A DNA stretch of 34,536 bases from Chiloscyllium plagiosum (Eukaryota). Both the position numbers and the translations under genes were made by a program. Positions 11,725-21,600 of the stretch are shown here, in pieces. Each line of letters begins with the position of its first letter. The first letter of the stretch is position 1. Below the pieces are notes generated by a model. The model did no database searches. It worked only from the letters and a program-made list of their open reading frames with translations, and was not told the DNA's origin. Location of the stretch: contig NC_057719.1 in NCBI RefSeq assembly GCF_004010195.1, positions 4,017,902 through 4,052,437 on the forward strand, read 5' to 3'.

Positions 11725-12070
11725 GAGGTGGGTTTGGAAGCTGCTGACTCAGCAAAATTGGCAGTTTCTGCGCTGCATCTTCTAGATGGTACTTGCTGCT
11801 GTGCTTTGGTGAAGGAAGTGACTGTGGATGTGGTACCAATCAAGTGGGCTGGATAGTGTCATAGTTATTGAGTGCTGTTGGGAGCTGCACGCATCCAGGC
11901 AAGGGGACAGTGTACCATCACACGTCTGACTTCTCTCTTGTAGATTGTAGACAGGCATTGGGGAATCAGGAGGTGAGTTATTCACTGCAGGATTCCCAGC
12001 CTCTGACCTGCTCTTGTAGCCACAGTATATATGGCTCATGCTGGTCAGCGGTAAGCCCCAGGGTGATGTA
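11725..12070 (-). mobile_element. Internal RT-region fragment of second LINE family
   Basis: Similar to 3545-3730; decayed, frameshifted ORFs. Confidence 0.65.
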
Positions 12071-12791
12071 AATCTGATGGTGATCGAGCACTTGGGAAAC
12101 TAATTGGTACGAATTGAAAAGTGGACATCACTAAGGAGTAGGAAATTCCACCGTTGAGTTGGTCAACCTGCATCCATTTTGAAGCTTATGTCAAACATCT
12201 TGGAACGGTTCCAGAAGCAGGCATCCTTTTCAGCAAGGGAATCATTGTTGAAAAGATTGGCTGCCTTTTCTGATGCTGAAGAAGCACTGCTAACATTCCC
12301 ATCTCTGGGGAAGGACCTGGGTCACATGTTCAGCCGCTGATGGATAACTGACCACATTCAAGATAAGGCTCGACATTGTCTTCCGAATGGTAAGCATTGA
12401 GAGTACTGCGTTTACAGCAGTACTGTATAGTAGCCTTTCTTATGTCCTGCTATTTTGCTGTCTTTTACCAGAATGCTGTTTTATGTTTAAATGTGAAATA
12501 TTGGAGAGCAGAGCAAGGAACGTGTCACTACTATAATGATGGCATGACAATACTGCTGCTACTTATTACAGGAAGGTCTGAGAACACACATTGCTTTGTG
12601 AATGTCAAGACAATACTCCTGTAATTTGTGGTTAATGAAATTGCATAGATATCCTCCATGCTTTTAAGGCACGAATCAGGAAAGTGGACAAAATGTATGG
12701 ACAGAAGAGAAGGAAGATTATCATCGTTACAGACTGCAGCCCCGTGGACCCTGTCATTACTAGCCTTAAATGTCAAGGTGACCTTGCCTCT

Positions 12792-13502
12792 TGTTATGAA
12801 GGTGTAGGTGTGTACTGTACCTTTTGAGAGAGAGAGGAAGCTGTCAAGGACTTGGAGAAGCACAGTGTACTGAAAGATTTAAAAATGTAACATTTAGTTG
12901 ATACAAATAGCTGGTGCTGTGTTGCCATGAAACAAAAACAAATTCAAATTCAGCTGATCAGTTTAAATTATGCCCCAGATACCAAAATCCAATCGAATTT
13001 GAGTTTTACTGTTGGAGATGACATCAAACCAATGAAATGATGTAATGTTTTGGGGTGTAAAACCGGACATTTTGAACAGTTGGGAGAGCAGCACTGAGCG
13101 CCAACAAACAGACAGCTAGCAGAGTCACTCTCTGAAAGGTATCTGTCTATAAGAAATTTGTGCAGCAGAACATCACAGTCGACGTAGAGGAATCTAGAGA
13201 GAAAATTCGACATCCAAAGACCATACCTAGGTTTGAAATTGATTTTGTTGTAAATTTAAGAGGGAATTTATTGGACCAGTATTGTAGAATGGCAGGTAAA
13301 AGATCGGTTTGTGAGAAAGGAGTTGTATATAACTGTTGTTTCAATGTTCTCTCTTGAATTTAAGGAATAAAATCGCTAATTTTTACTTTAAATAGTGACC
13401 TGAGATAGTTCTTTGCCTCTCAAATTTTAACAGATTGCAGCATGAGGTGAGCTTCTCTGTGTGTCAGGTTTAAATTAAGAGGGTTCACACCGTGTCGTAA
13501 CG
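12792..13502 (+). mobile_element. Solo LTR (~711 bp)
   Basis: Termini TGTTATGA...TCGTAACG (imperfect inverted), 4-bp flanks CTCT/CTCA, AATAAA at 13366-13371, no internal coding sequence. Confidence 0.7.
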
Positions 13503-13588
13503 CTCAACGCCATGACCAAGTTCCAGTTAACGGATTAGTTGGGTAACTAGAACCTGGAAACTCCGCCAGTGGCATCTGATTTGTCAGG

Positions 13589-13799
13589 TTATCCAGGCCA
13601 TCAATAAGGAGCAGGAGTATGATCTAACTATTCTAGAGACCATGTTCATGAAGGTGGCGTGGAAAAATGTAATGCGGAAAGTCAGGAGGCATGGGATAGA
13701 GGGAAATTTGGCCATTATCCAGGCCATCAATAAGGAGCAGGAGTATGATCTAACTATTCTAGAGACCATGTTCATGAAGGTGGCGTGGAAAAATGTAAT
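13589..13799 (+). repeat. Perfect 85-bp direct repeat flanking a 41-nt CR1 RT snippet
   Basis: 13589-13673 is identical to 13715-13799. Spacer 13674-13714 encodes RKVRRHGIEGNLA (compare KKMQIHGIEGNLA at ~16998-17036). Confidence 0.92.
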
Positions 13800-14067
13800 A
13801 GCAAAGTCACAATTGTTGACTGTCTTGCCCCGTGGGGTTCAAATCCTCTACAGTTATGCAAGAGGCTGAGAATGAAGAGGAGCAGGGTGAAGGTAGCCAA
13901 CCTTATGAATAAGCTCTTCTCCTCATGTGTGTGTGGCCGTCATGGAAGATTTATACTGAGGTGAAAAATACTATACACTGAACAACAGAAGACTGAGATG
14001 AGGAAATTCTTCTGAGGATTAAGTGTCTTTGGACCCCTTGCCACTGAGAGCTGTGGGAGCAGAGTCC

Positions 14068-14236
14068 TTGTGTACATTTTAAGGTTACAATAGATAGGGG
14101 AATTTTGTCTTCATTGCTAAAGGGATTGAGTTTAAAAGCAGCGAGGTTATTTTGTAGCTGTACAGGACGCAAGTGATGCCACACCTGTAGTACCATGTGC
14201 AGTTTTGGTCTCCTTGCTTGAGAAAGGATGTACTGG
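14068..14236 (+). mobile_element. Decayed CR1 ORF2 internal fragment
   Basis: GGGATTGAGTTTAAAAGCAGCGAGG (GIEFKSSE)...GTGCAGTTTTGGTCTCCTTGCTTGAGAAAGGATGTA (VQFWSPCLRKDV). Confidence 0.85.
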
Positions 14237-14329
14237 TGAGAATGTGTATAGGCTTCAAAGTTTGTGAGAAGATTTGTAGCTCGGGTGCTTGTTGTTGTGG
14301 TTCTGTTCGCCGAGCTGGGAATTTGTGTT

Positions 14330-14369
14330 GCAGACGTTTCGTCCCCTGTCTAGGTGACATCCTCCGTGC
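14330..14369 (-). ncRNA. Minimal hammerhead ribozyme motif, core mutated (CGGAGGA)
   Basis: Identical to 15344-15383 except at position 14365, which changes CUGAGGA to CGGAGGA. Confidence 0.7.
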
Positions 14370-14824
14370 TTGGGAGCCTCCTGTGAAGCGCTTCTGTGTT
14401 GTTTCCTCCGGCATTTATAGTGGTTTGTCTCTGACGCTTCCGGTTGACAGTTTCAGCTGTCCGTTGTAGTGGCCGGTATATTGGGTCCAGGTTGATGTGT
14501 TTGTTGATAGAATCTGTGGATGAGAGCCATGTCTCTAGGAATTCCCTGGCTGTTCTCTGGCTTGTCCTATAATAGTGGTGTTGTCCCAGCCAAACTCATG
14601 TTGCTTGTCATGTGTGTGTGGCTACTAAGGATAGCTGGTCGTGTCGTTTCGTGGCTAGTTGGCGTTCATGGATGCGGGTCATTAGCTGTCTTGCTGTTTG
14701 TCCTATGTAGTGTTTTGTGCAGTCCTTGTGCAGTTGAACACCTACTAGCCACGAAACGCCACAACCAGCTATTCTTAGTAGCCACACACGCAAATGACAG
14801 GCAACATGAGTTCGACTGGGACAA

Positions 14825-15135
14825 CACGGTGGCACAATGGTTAGCACTGCTGCCTCTCAGCGCCAGAGACCTGGGTTCAATTCCCGCCTCAGGCGACTGA
14901 CTGTGTAGAGTTTGCACATTCTCCCCGTGTCTGCGTGGGTTTTCCCTGAGTGCTCCGGTTTCCTCCCACAGTCCAAAAATGTGCAGGTTAGGTGAATTGG
15001 CCATGCTAAAATGCCTATAGTGTGAGGTGAAGGGGTAAATGTAGGGGAATGGGTCTGGGTGGGTTACGCTTCGGCGGGTCGGTGTGGACTTGATGGGCTG
15101 AAGGGCCTGTTTCCACACTGTAAGTGATCTAATCT
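14825..15135 (+). mobile_element. HE1-like tRNA-derived V-SINE inserted in the Penelope arm
   Basis: A box GGTGGCACAATGG, B box GGGTTCAATTCCC, CR1-type tail GGGCTGAAGGGCCTGTTTCCACACTG...ATCTAATCT. Penelope sequence GACAACAC|TATT resumes on both sides. Confidence 0.92.
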
Positions 15136-15343
15136 ATTCTAGGACAAGCCAAACAGAGAACAGCCAGGGAATTCCTAGAGGCATGGCACTCATCCACAGA
15201 TTCAATCAATAAGCACATTGATCTGGAACCAATATACCGGCCACTGCTGCGGACAGCTGGAACTGACAACCGGAAGCGGCAGAGACAAACCACTATAAAT
15301 GCCGGAGGAAACAACACAGAAGTGCTTCACAGGAGGCTCGCAA

Positions 15344-15383
15344 GCACTGAGGATGTCACCTAGACAGGGGACGAAACGTCTGC
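15344..15383 (+). ncRNA. Minimal type-I hammerhead ribozyme motif, intact core
   Basis: GCA-CUGAGGA-U-GUCACC-UAGACA-GGGGAC-GAAAC-GUC-UGC: stem I GCA/UGC, stem II, palindromic ACGU in place of stem III. Predicted cleavage after C15380. Confidence 0.85.
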
Positions 15384-15837
15384 AACACAAATTCCCAGCT
15401 CTGCGAACAGAGCCACAACAATGTGTATAGGGTATAAGCAGGTAGGGAAAGAGTTAAGTTCTGTGTTTTGTGAAACAAGAGGTTCAGCTGGGCATGGCTC
15501 TTATTAGATAAGAACTTGCAGTTAGCAATAGGGTGCTGGAGGTGAAAAAGCATTCATTATATACAGCCATTTAACAATATTGGAAGCATTCAGTATGCAA
15601 GGTCAGCCAACAAGGGGAAAAGTATCCATTTGTAATAATCCAGTTAACAAGGTTAAGAAGATTCATTGTCTAACAGTAAAGGGCTTGGTCTCTGCTATTG
15701 ATATTCGTTGATTGTAATGTCACCCAATTAATATATATGTTGCCTTATCTGGATGCTCCTCCCTGTAAAATGGCTATATAGTTCATTGAGAAACTGCTGA
15801 TCCAGAGAAGACCTCATGTCCCTGTGTACATGGGTGA

Positions 15838-15898
15838 TCTCGCTCACGCTCTCTCTCTAGCTCGCGCGCGCCCTCTCGCGCTCTCTGTGTGTGTATGT
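15838..15898 (+). repeat. Short compound (CT)/(CG)/(GT) microsatellite
   Basis: TCTCGCTCACGCTCTCTCTCTAGCTCGCGCGCGCCCTCTCGCGCTCTCTGTGTGTGTATGT. Confidence 0.8.
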
Positions 15899-18070
15899 AG
15901 AATGGTATAACTCTGGTATGTCGGATGGATCAGTTTTTGTCCAATGTGTACAGGAAGGTTTCCTGACACAGTATGTCGAAGGGCCAACAAGAGGGGAGAC
16001 CACAATGGATTTGGTGCTTGGTAATGAATCAGGCCAGATGTTTGATCTAGTTGTAGGTGAGCACTTTGGGGAGTGTGAGCATAATTCAGTTACGTTTAGT
16101 TTAGCAATGAAAAGGGTACATGCCACAGGTCCAGAATTATCAATGGGGTAAAGGCAATTATATTGCGATTAGGCAAGAATTAGGATGCATAGAATGGGGC
16201 AGCAAAATGCAGGGGATGCAGACAATGGAAATGTGAAGCTGGTTTAACGAACAGATATTGCCTGTCCCTGTCAGGCAGGGAGGAAGTGATAAGGTAAGGG
16301 AATCGTGGTTTACTACAGAAATTGCATCTCTTGCTAAGCAGAAGAAGGAGACTTATGTGTTGATGAGGTAAGATGGTTCACATGAGGCGAAGAAGAGTTA
16401 CAGATCAGCTAGGAAGGATTTAAAGAGAGTTAAAAAGAGCAGAGAGGACACGAGCAGCCTTTAGCAAATTGAATAAAGGAGAACCCTAAAGCTTTCTATA
16501 GGTATGTGAGGAATAAAAGGATGACTAGGGTAGGATTAGGGCCAGTCAAAGAGAGAAGTGGGAAGTTGAGTGTGGACCCTGTGGAGATTGGAGCGATGCT
16601 AAATGAACATTTCTCATCGGTTTTCACTCAGGAGAAAGGAGAATATTCTAGAGAAGAATGAAGTACGAGACATTAGACTAGAAAGGATCGAGGTTAGTTA
16701 CGAACAGGTGTTAGCGATTCTAGAAGCAGTGAAATTAGACCAGTACCCTGGGCCAGAAGGGATTTATCCGAGGATTCTCTGGGAAGCTCGGGAGGAGATA
16801 GCAGAGCCTTTGGCTTTGATATTAACAATTTGATTTCAGATAGTCAACATGGTTTCGTCAAGGGCAGGTCGTGTCTCACAAACCTCATTGAGTTTTTTGA
16901 GAAGGTGACCGAGCATGTAGATGAGGGTAGGGCAGTTGACGTGGTATACATGGACTTCAATAAAGCCTTTGATATGGTTCCACATGGTAGGCTATTGAAG
17001 AAAATGCAGATTCATGGAATTGAGGGTAATTTAGCAGTTTGGATTAGAAACTGGCTTTCTGAAAGAAGGCAGCTGGTGGTGGTTGATGGAAAATAGTCAG
17101 CCTGGAGTCCGCAAGGATCTGTTTTGGGACCACTGCTGTTTGTCATTTTTATAAATGACTTAGACGCAGGCATAGGTGGATGGATTAGTACATTTGCAGA
17201 TGACACTAAAGTCGGTGAAGTGGTGTAATATTCTTCCAAACTGTCCAAGTTGAAGAGGGACTTGGATAAACTGCAGAATTGGGCTGAGAGGTGTCAAATG
17301 GAGTTCAATGTAGATAAATGTGAGGTGATGCACTTTGGGAAGAATAACAGGAAGGCAGAGTACTGGGTCAATGGAAAGATTCTTGGTAGTGTGGATATGC
17401 AGAGGGATCTTGGAGTCTATCCCTGAAAGTTGCCACCCAGGTGGATAGTGCTGTTAAGAAGGCATACAGTGTGTTAGTTTTCATTCGTAGAGGGATTGAG
17501 TTCCGGAGCCACAATATCACGCTGCAACTATCCAAAACGCTGATGCGGCCACACTTGGAATATTGTGTACAGTTCTGGTCCCCATATTTGAGGAAGGATG
17601 TTGGAAGCATTTGAAAAGGTGCAGAGGAGATTAACCAGGATGTTGCCTGATCTGGACGGAAGGTCTTATGAGGAAAGGTTGAGAGACTTGGGTCTGTTCT
17701 CACTGGAAAGAAGGCAGCTAAGAGGGGATTTGATAGAGACATACAAGATGATCAGAGGATTAGGTAGGATAGACAGTGAAAGTCTTTTTCCTAGGATGAT
17801 GACGTCAGCTTGTACGAGGGGACATGACTGCAAATTGAGGGGTGATAGATTTAAGACAGATATCAGAGGCAGGTTCTTTATGCAGGGAGTGTTAAGGGCA
17901 TGGAATGCCCTACCTGTTAATGTAGTCAACTCAGCCACATTAGGGAGATTCAAACAATCCTTAGATAAGCACATGGATGATTTTTGGATAGCGTAGGGGG
18001 ACGAGCTGAGAATAGTTCACAGGTCGGCGCAACATCGAGGGCTTGAAGAGCCTGTTCTGTGCTATGTTCT
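15899..18070 (+). mobile_element. Long 5'-truncated CR1 LINE; ORF2 pseudogenised (EN C-terminus, RT, 3' UTR)
   Basis: Motifs YVEGPTRGETTMDLVLGNE, SQHGFVKGRSCLTNLIEFF, YMDFNKAFD, QGSVLGP, FADDTK (17193-17210), WNALP; many stops and frameshifts; tail ...CCTGTTCTGTGCTATGTTCT. Confidence 0.97.
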
Positions 18071-18144
18071 AGACTGAGATTATATTCGTTGGAATTCAGA
18101 AGAATGAGGGGGGAATCTTATAGAAACACGCAAAACTAGGAAGG

Positions 18145-18281
18145 GTTGCTGTGGTTCTGTTCGCTGAGCTGGGAATTTGTGTTGCAGACGTTTCGTCCCC
18201 TGTCTAGGTGACATCCTCAGTGCTTGGGAGCCTCCTGTGAAGCGCTTCTGTGATCTTTCCTCCGGCATTTGTAGTGGTTTG
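18145..18281 (-). mobile_element. Penelope-like terminal-repeat fragment (family B)
   Basis: Near-identical to 14291-14427. Confidence 0.9.
18184..18223 (-). ncRNA. Minimal type-I hammerhead ribozyme motif, intact core
   Basis: Exact reverse complement of 15344-15383. Confidence 0.85.
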
Positions 18282-18422
18282 AACAATAAAGGAATTAAGG
18301 GATATAGTGAAAGCACAAGTAAGTGGATCTGAGTCTACGAAAAGATCAGCCATTGGATGGCGGAGGAAGCTCGAAGGGCCAGATGGCTGCCTCCTGCTGC
18401 TAGGCCTTATGTTCTAAGTCAC

Positions 18423-18640
18423 TCACCATCCTGACTTGGAAATATACCAATGTTCCTTCACAGGCATTGGGTCAAATTCTGGAATTCCTTCTCTACCGCC
18501 ATTGTGGGTCAACCCACAGTAGGTGGACTGCAGCGATTCAAAAAGGCAGCTCACCATCACCTTCTCAAGGACAAACAGGTGTGGGCTATCGATGATGGTC
18601 AGACAGCGATGCCCAAGTGTCACGAATACATTTTTAAAAA
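18423..18640 (+). mobile_element. 3' end of second LINE family
   Basis: ORF fragment WVKFWNSF...GLQRFKKAAHHHLLK; homologous to 8892-9040. Confidence 0.8.
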
Positions 18641-18649
18641 CCCATTTTC

Positions 18650-21600
18650 TTATGCTATTCCATATTCCTTGATGTCCATGCTGTGTATAAAACAATCAAT
18701 CTTTGTCTTGAACCTACTCAATGTCTGAACTCCTGCTCTCTGGGGTAGAGAATACCAAAGATTCACTACCTTGTGTATGAAGAAATTCTTCTCAGTCCTA
18801 AGTAGCTTACTTCTTCTTCTAAGACTCTTTCCTGGTCTTGGAGTCTCTGCCAAGAGGAAAATCTTTTCCCATTTCCCTGACTAGGCCTTTAAGACGTTTT
18901 TTAAATTCTCAATGAGATCATTTCTCACTCTTCTAAACTGTAGAGAATACAGATCTTGTATGCTCAGTCACTCCTCCAGGACCGTCCTGTGGTATCAGAA
19001 ATTGGTTTGGAGAATCTTGGCTTTAACCTCCTCTGTGGCGGGGACTAAAACTGCACACAACATTGCAGGTGCAGTTTCATCCAGGCTCTACACAACTGAT
19101 AGAAATTGTCTTTATTCCTGTACTCACATCATTTACAATCCTTCACCTTTCTAATTGCTTGCTGCACCTGCATGTTAGCTTCCTGTGACTTGTGTAGAAG
19201 GACATTCGGGTCCCTTTTGGATGTCAGCTTTTCTCAATCTCTTTTTCGCGCTCTCTCTCGCGCTCTCTCTCGCGCTCTCTCTCGCGCTCTCTCTCGCGCT
19301 CTCTCTCTCGCGCTCTCTCTCTCGCGCTCTCTCTCTCGCGCTCTCTCTCTCTCGCTCTCCGTCTCGCGCTCTCGCGCTCTCTCCGTCTCGCGCTCTCGCG
19401 CTCTCTCCGTCTCGCGCTCTCGCGCTCTCTCCGTCTCGCGCTCTCGCGCTCTCTCCGTCTCGCGCTCTCGCGCTCTCTCCGTCTCGCGCTCTCGCGCTCT
19501 CTCCGTCTCGCGCTCTCGCGCTCTCTCCGTCTCGCGCTCTCGCGCTCTCTCCGTCTCGCGCTCTCGCGCTCTCTCCGTCTCGCGCTCTCGCGCTCTCTCC
19601 GTCTCGCGCTCTCGCGCTCTCTCCGTCTCGCGCTCTCGCGCTCTCTCCGTCTCGCGCTCTCGCGCTCTCTCCGTCTCGCGCTCTCGCGCTCTCTCCGTCT
19701 CGCGCTCTCGCGCTCTCTCCGTCTCGCGCTCTCGCGCTCTCTCCGTCTCGCGCTCTCGCGCTCTCTCCGTCTCGCGCTCTCGCGCTCTCTCCGTCTCGCG
19801 CTCTCGCGCTCTCTCCGTCTCGCGCTCTCGCGCTCTCTCCGTCTCGCGCTCTCGCGCTCTCTCCGTCTCGCGCTCTCGCGCTCTCTCCGTCTCGCGCTCT
19901 CGCGCTCTCTCCGTCTCGCGCTCTCGCGCTCTCTCCGTCTCGCGCTCTCGCGCTCTCTCCGTCTCGCGCTCTCGCGCTCTCTCCGTCTCGCGCTCTCGCG
20001 CTCTCTCCGTCTCGCGCTCTCGCGCTCTCTCCGTCTCGCGCTCTCGCGCTCTCTCCGTCTCGCGCTCTCGCGCTCTCTCCGTCTCGCGCTCTCGCGCTCT
20101 CTCCGTCTCGCGCTCTCGCGCTCTCTCCGTCTCGCGCTCTCGCGCTCTCTCCGTCTCGCGCTCTCGCGCTCTCTCCGTCTCGCGCTCTCGCGCTCTCTCC
20201 GTCTCGCGCTCTCGCGCTCTCTCCGTCTCGCGCTCTCGCGCTCTCTCCGTCTCGCGCTCTCGCGCTCTCTCCGTCTCGCGCTCTCGCGCTCTCTCCGTCT
20301 CGCGCTCTCGCGCTCTCTCCGTCTCGCGCTCTCGCGCTCTCTCCGTCTCGCGCTCTCGCGCTCTCTCCGTCTCGCGCTCTCGCGCTCTCTCCGTCTCGCG
20401 CTCTCGCGCTCTCTCCGTCTCGCGCTCTCGCGCTCTCTCCGTCTCGCGCTCTCGCGCTCTCTCCGTCTCGCGCTCTCGCGCTCTCTCCGTCTCGCGCTCT
20501 CGCGCTCTCTCCGTCTCGCGCTCTCGCGCTCTCTCCGTCTCGCGCTCTCGCGCTCTCTCCGTCTCGCGCTCTCGCGCTCTCTCCGTCTCGCGCTCTCGCG
20601 CTCTCTCCGTCTCGCGCTCTCGCGCTCTCTCCGTCTCGCGCTCTCGCGCTCTCTCCGTCTCGCGCTCTCGCGCTCTCTCCGTCTCGCGCTCTCGCGCTCT
20701 CTCCGTCTCGCGCTCTCGCGCTCTCTCCGTCTCGCGCTCTCGCGCTCTCTCCGTCTCGCGCTCTCGCGCTCTCTCCGTCTCGCGCTCTCGCGCTCTCTCC
20801 GTCTCGCGCTCTCGCGCTCTCTCCGTCTCGCGCTCTCGCGCTCTCTCCGTCTCGCGCTCTCGCGCTCTCTCCGTCTCGCGCTCTCGCGCTCTCTCCGTCT
20901 CGCGCTCTCGCGCTCTCTCCGTCTCGCGCTCTCGCGCTCTCTCCGTCTCGCGCTCTCGCGCTCTCTCCGTCTCGCGCTCTCGCGCTCTCTCCGTCTCGCG
21001 CTCTCGCGCTCTCTCCGTCTCGCGCTCTCGCGCTCTCTCCGTCTCGCGCTCTCGCGCTCTCTCCGTCTCGCGCTCTCGCGCTCTCTCCGTCTCGCGCTCT
21101 CGCGCTCTCTCCGTCTCGCGCTCTCGCGCTCTCTCCGTCTCGCGCTCTCGCGCTCTCTCCGTCTCGCGCTCTCGCGCTCTCTCCGTCTCGCGCTCTCGCG
21201 CTCTCTCCGTCTCGCGCTCTCGCGCTCTCTCCGTCTCGCGCTCTCGCGCTCTCTCCGTCTCGCGCTCTCGCGCTCTCTCCGTCTCGCGCTCTCGCGCTCT
21301 CTCCGTCTCGCGCTCTCGCGCTCTCTCCGTCTCGCGCTCTCGCGCTCTCTCCGTCTCGCGCTCTCGCGCTCTCTCCGTCTCGCGCTCTCGCGCTCTCTCC
21401 GTCTCGCGCTCTCGCGCTCTCTCCGTCTCGCGCTCTCGCGCTCTCTCCGTCTCGCGCTCTCGCGCTCTCTCCGTCTCGCGCTCTCGCGCTCTCTCCGTCT
21501 CGCGCTCTCGCGCTCTCTCCGTCTCGCGCTCTCGCGCTCTCTCCGTCTCGCGCTCTCGCGCTCTCTCCGTCTCGCGCTCTCGCGCTCTCTCCGTCTCGCG

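Larger units (their letters stand above)
14253..15419. mobile_element. Penelope-like element (family B), inverted tail-out pair with 12-bp TSD
   Basis: Minus arm 14253-~14731 encodes KDCTKHYIGQTARQLMTRIHE (GIY-YIG endonuclease). Plus arm ~14735-15419 is an inverted copy split by a SINE. TSD AATGTGTATAGG at 14241-14252 and 15420-15431. Confidence 0.92.
14237..15838 (+). mobile_element. Probable LTR-like element (14237-14252 joined to 15432-15838), interrupted by Penelope and 3'-truncated
   Basis: Starts TG exactly where CR1 homology stops; TATATA at 15775-15780; no right terminus identified. Confidence 0.4.
18071..18415 (+). mobile_element. CR1 3' fragment interrupted by a Penelope piece, with internal loss
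   Basis: GAATTCAGAAGAATGAGGGGGG...ATAGAAAC lies before, and GGAATTAAGGGATAT...GAAGGGCCAGATGGC...TTATGTTCT after, the 18145-18281 insert. Confidence 0.8.

Noticed and set aside
14825..14900. tRNA gene (also at 1554, 32784, 33044, 33337)
   Set aside because: A and B boxes belong to SINE heads that continue into SINE body and LINE-derived tail; no complete cloverleaf.
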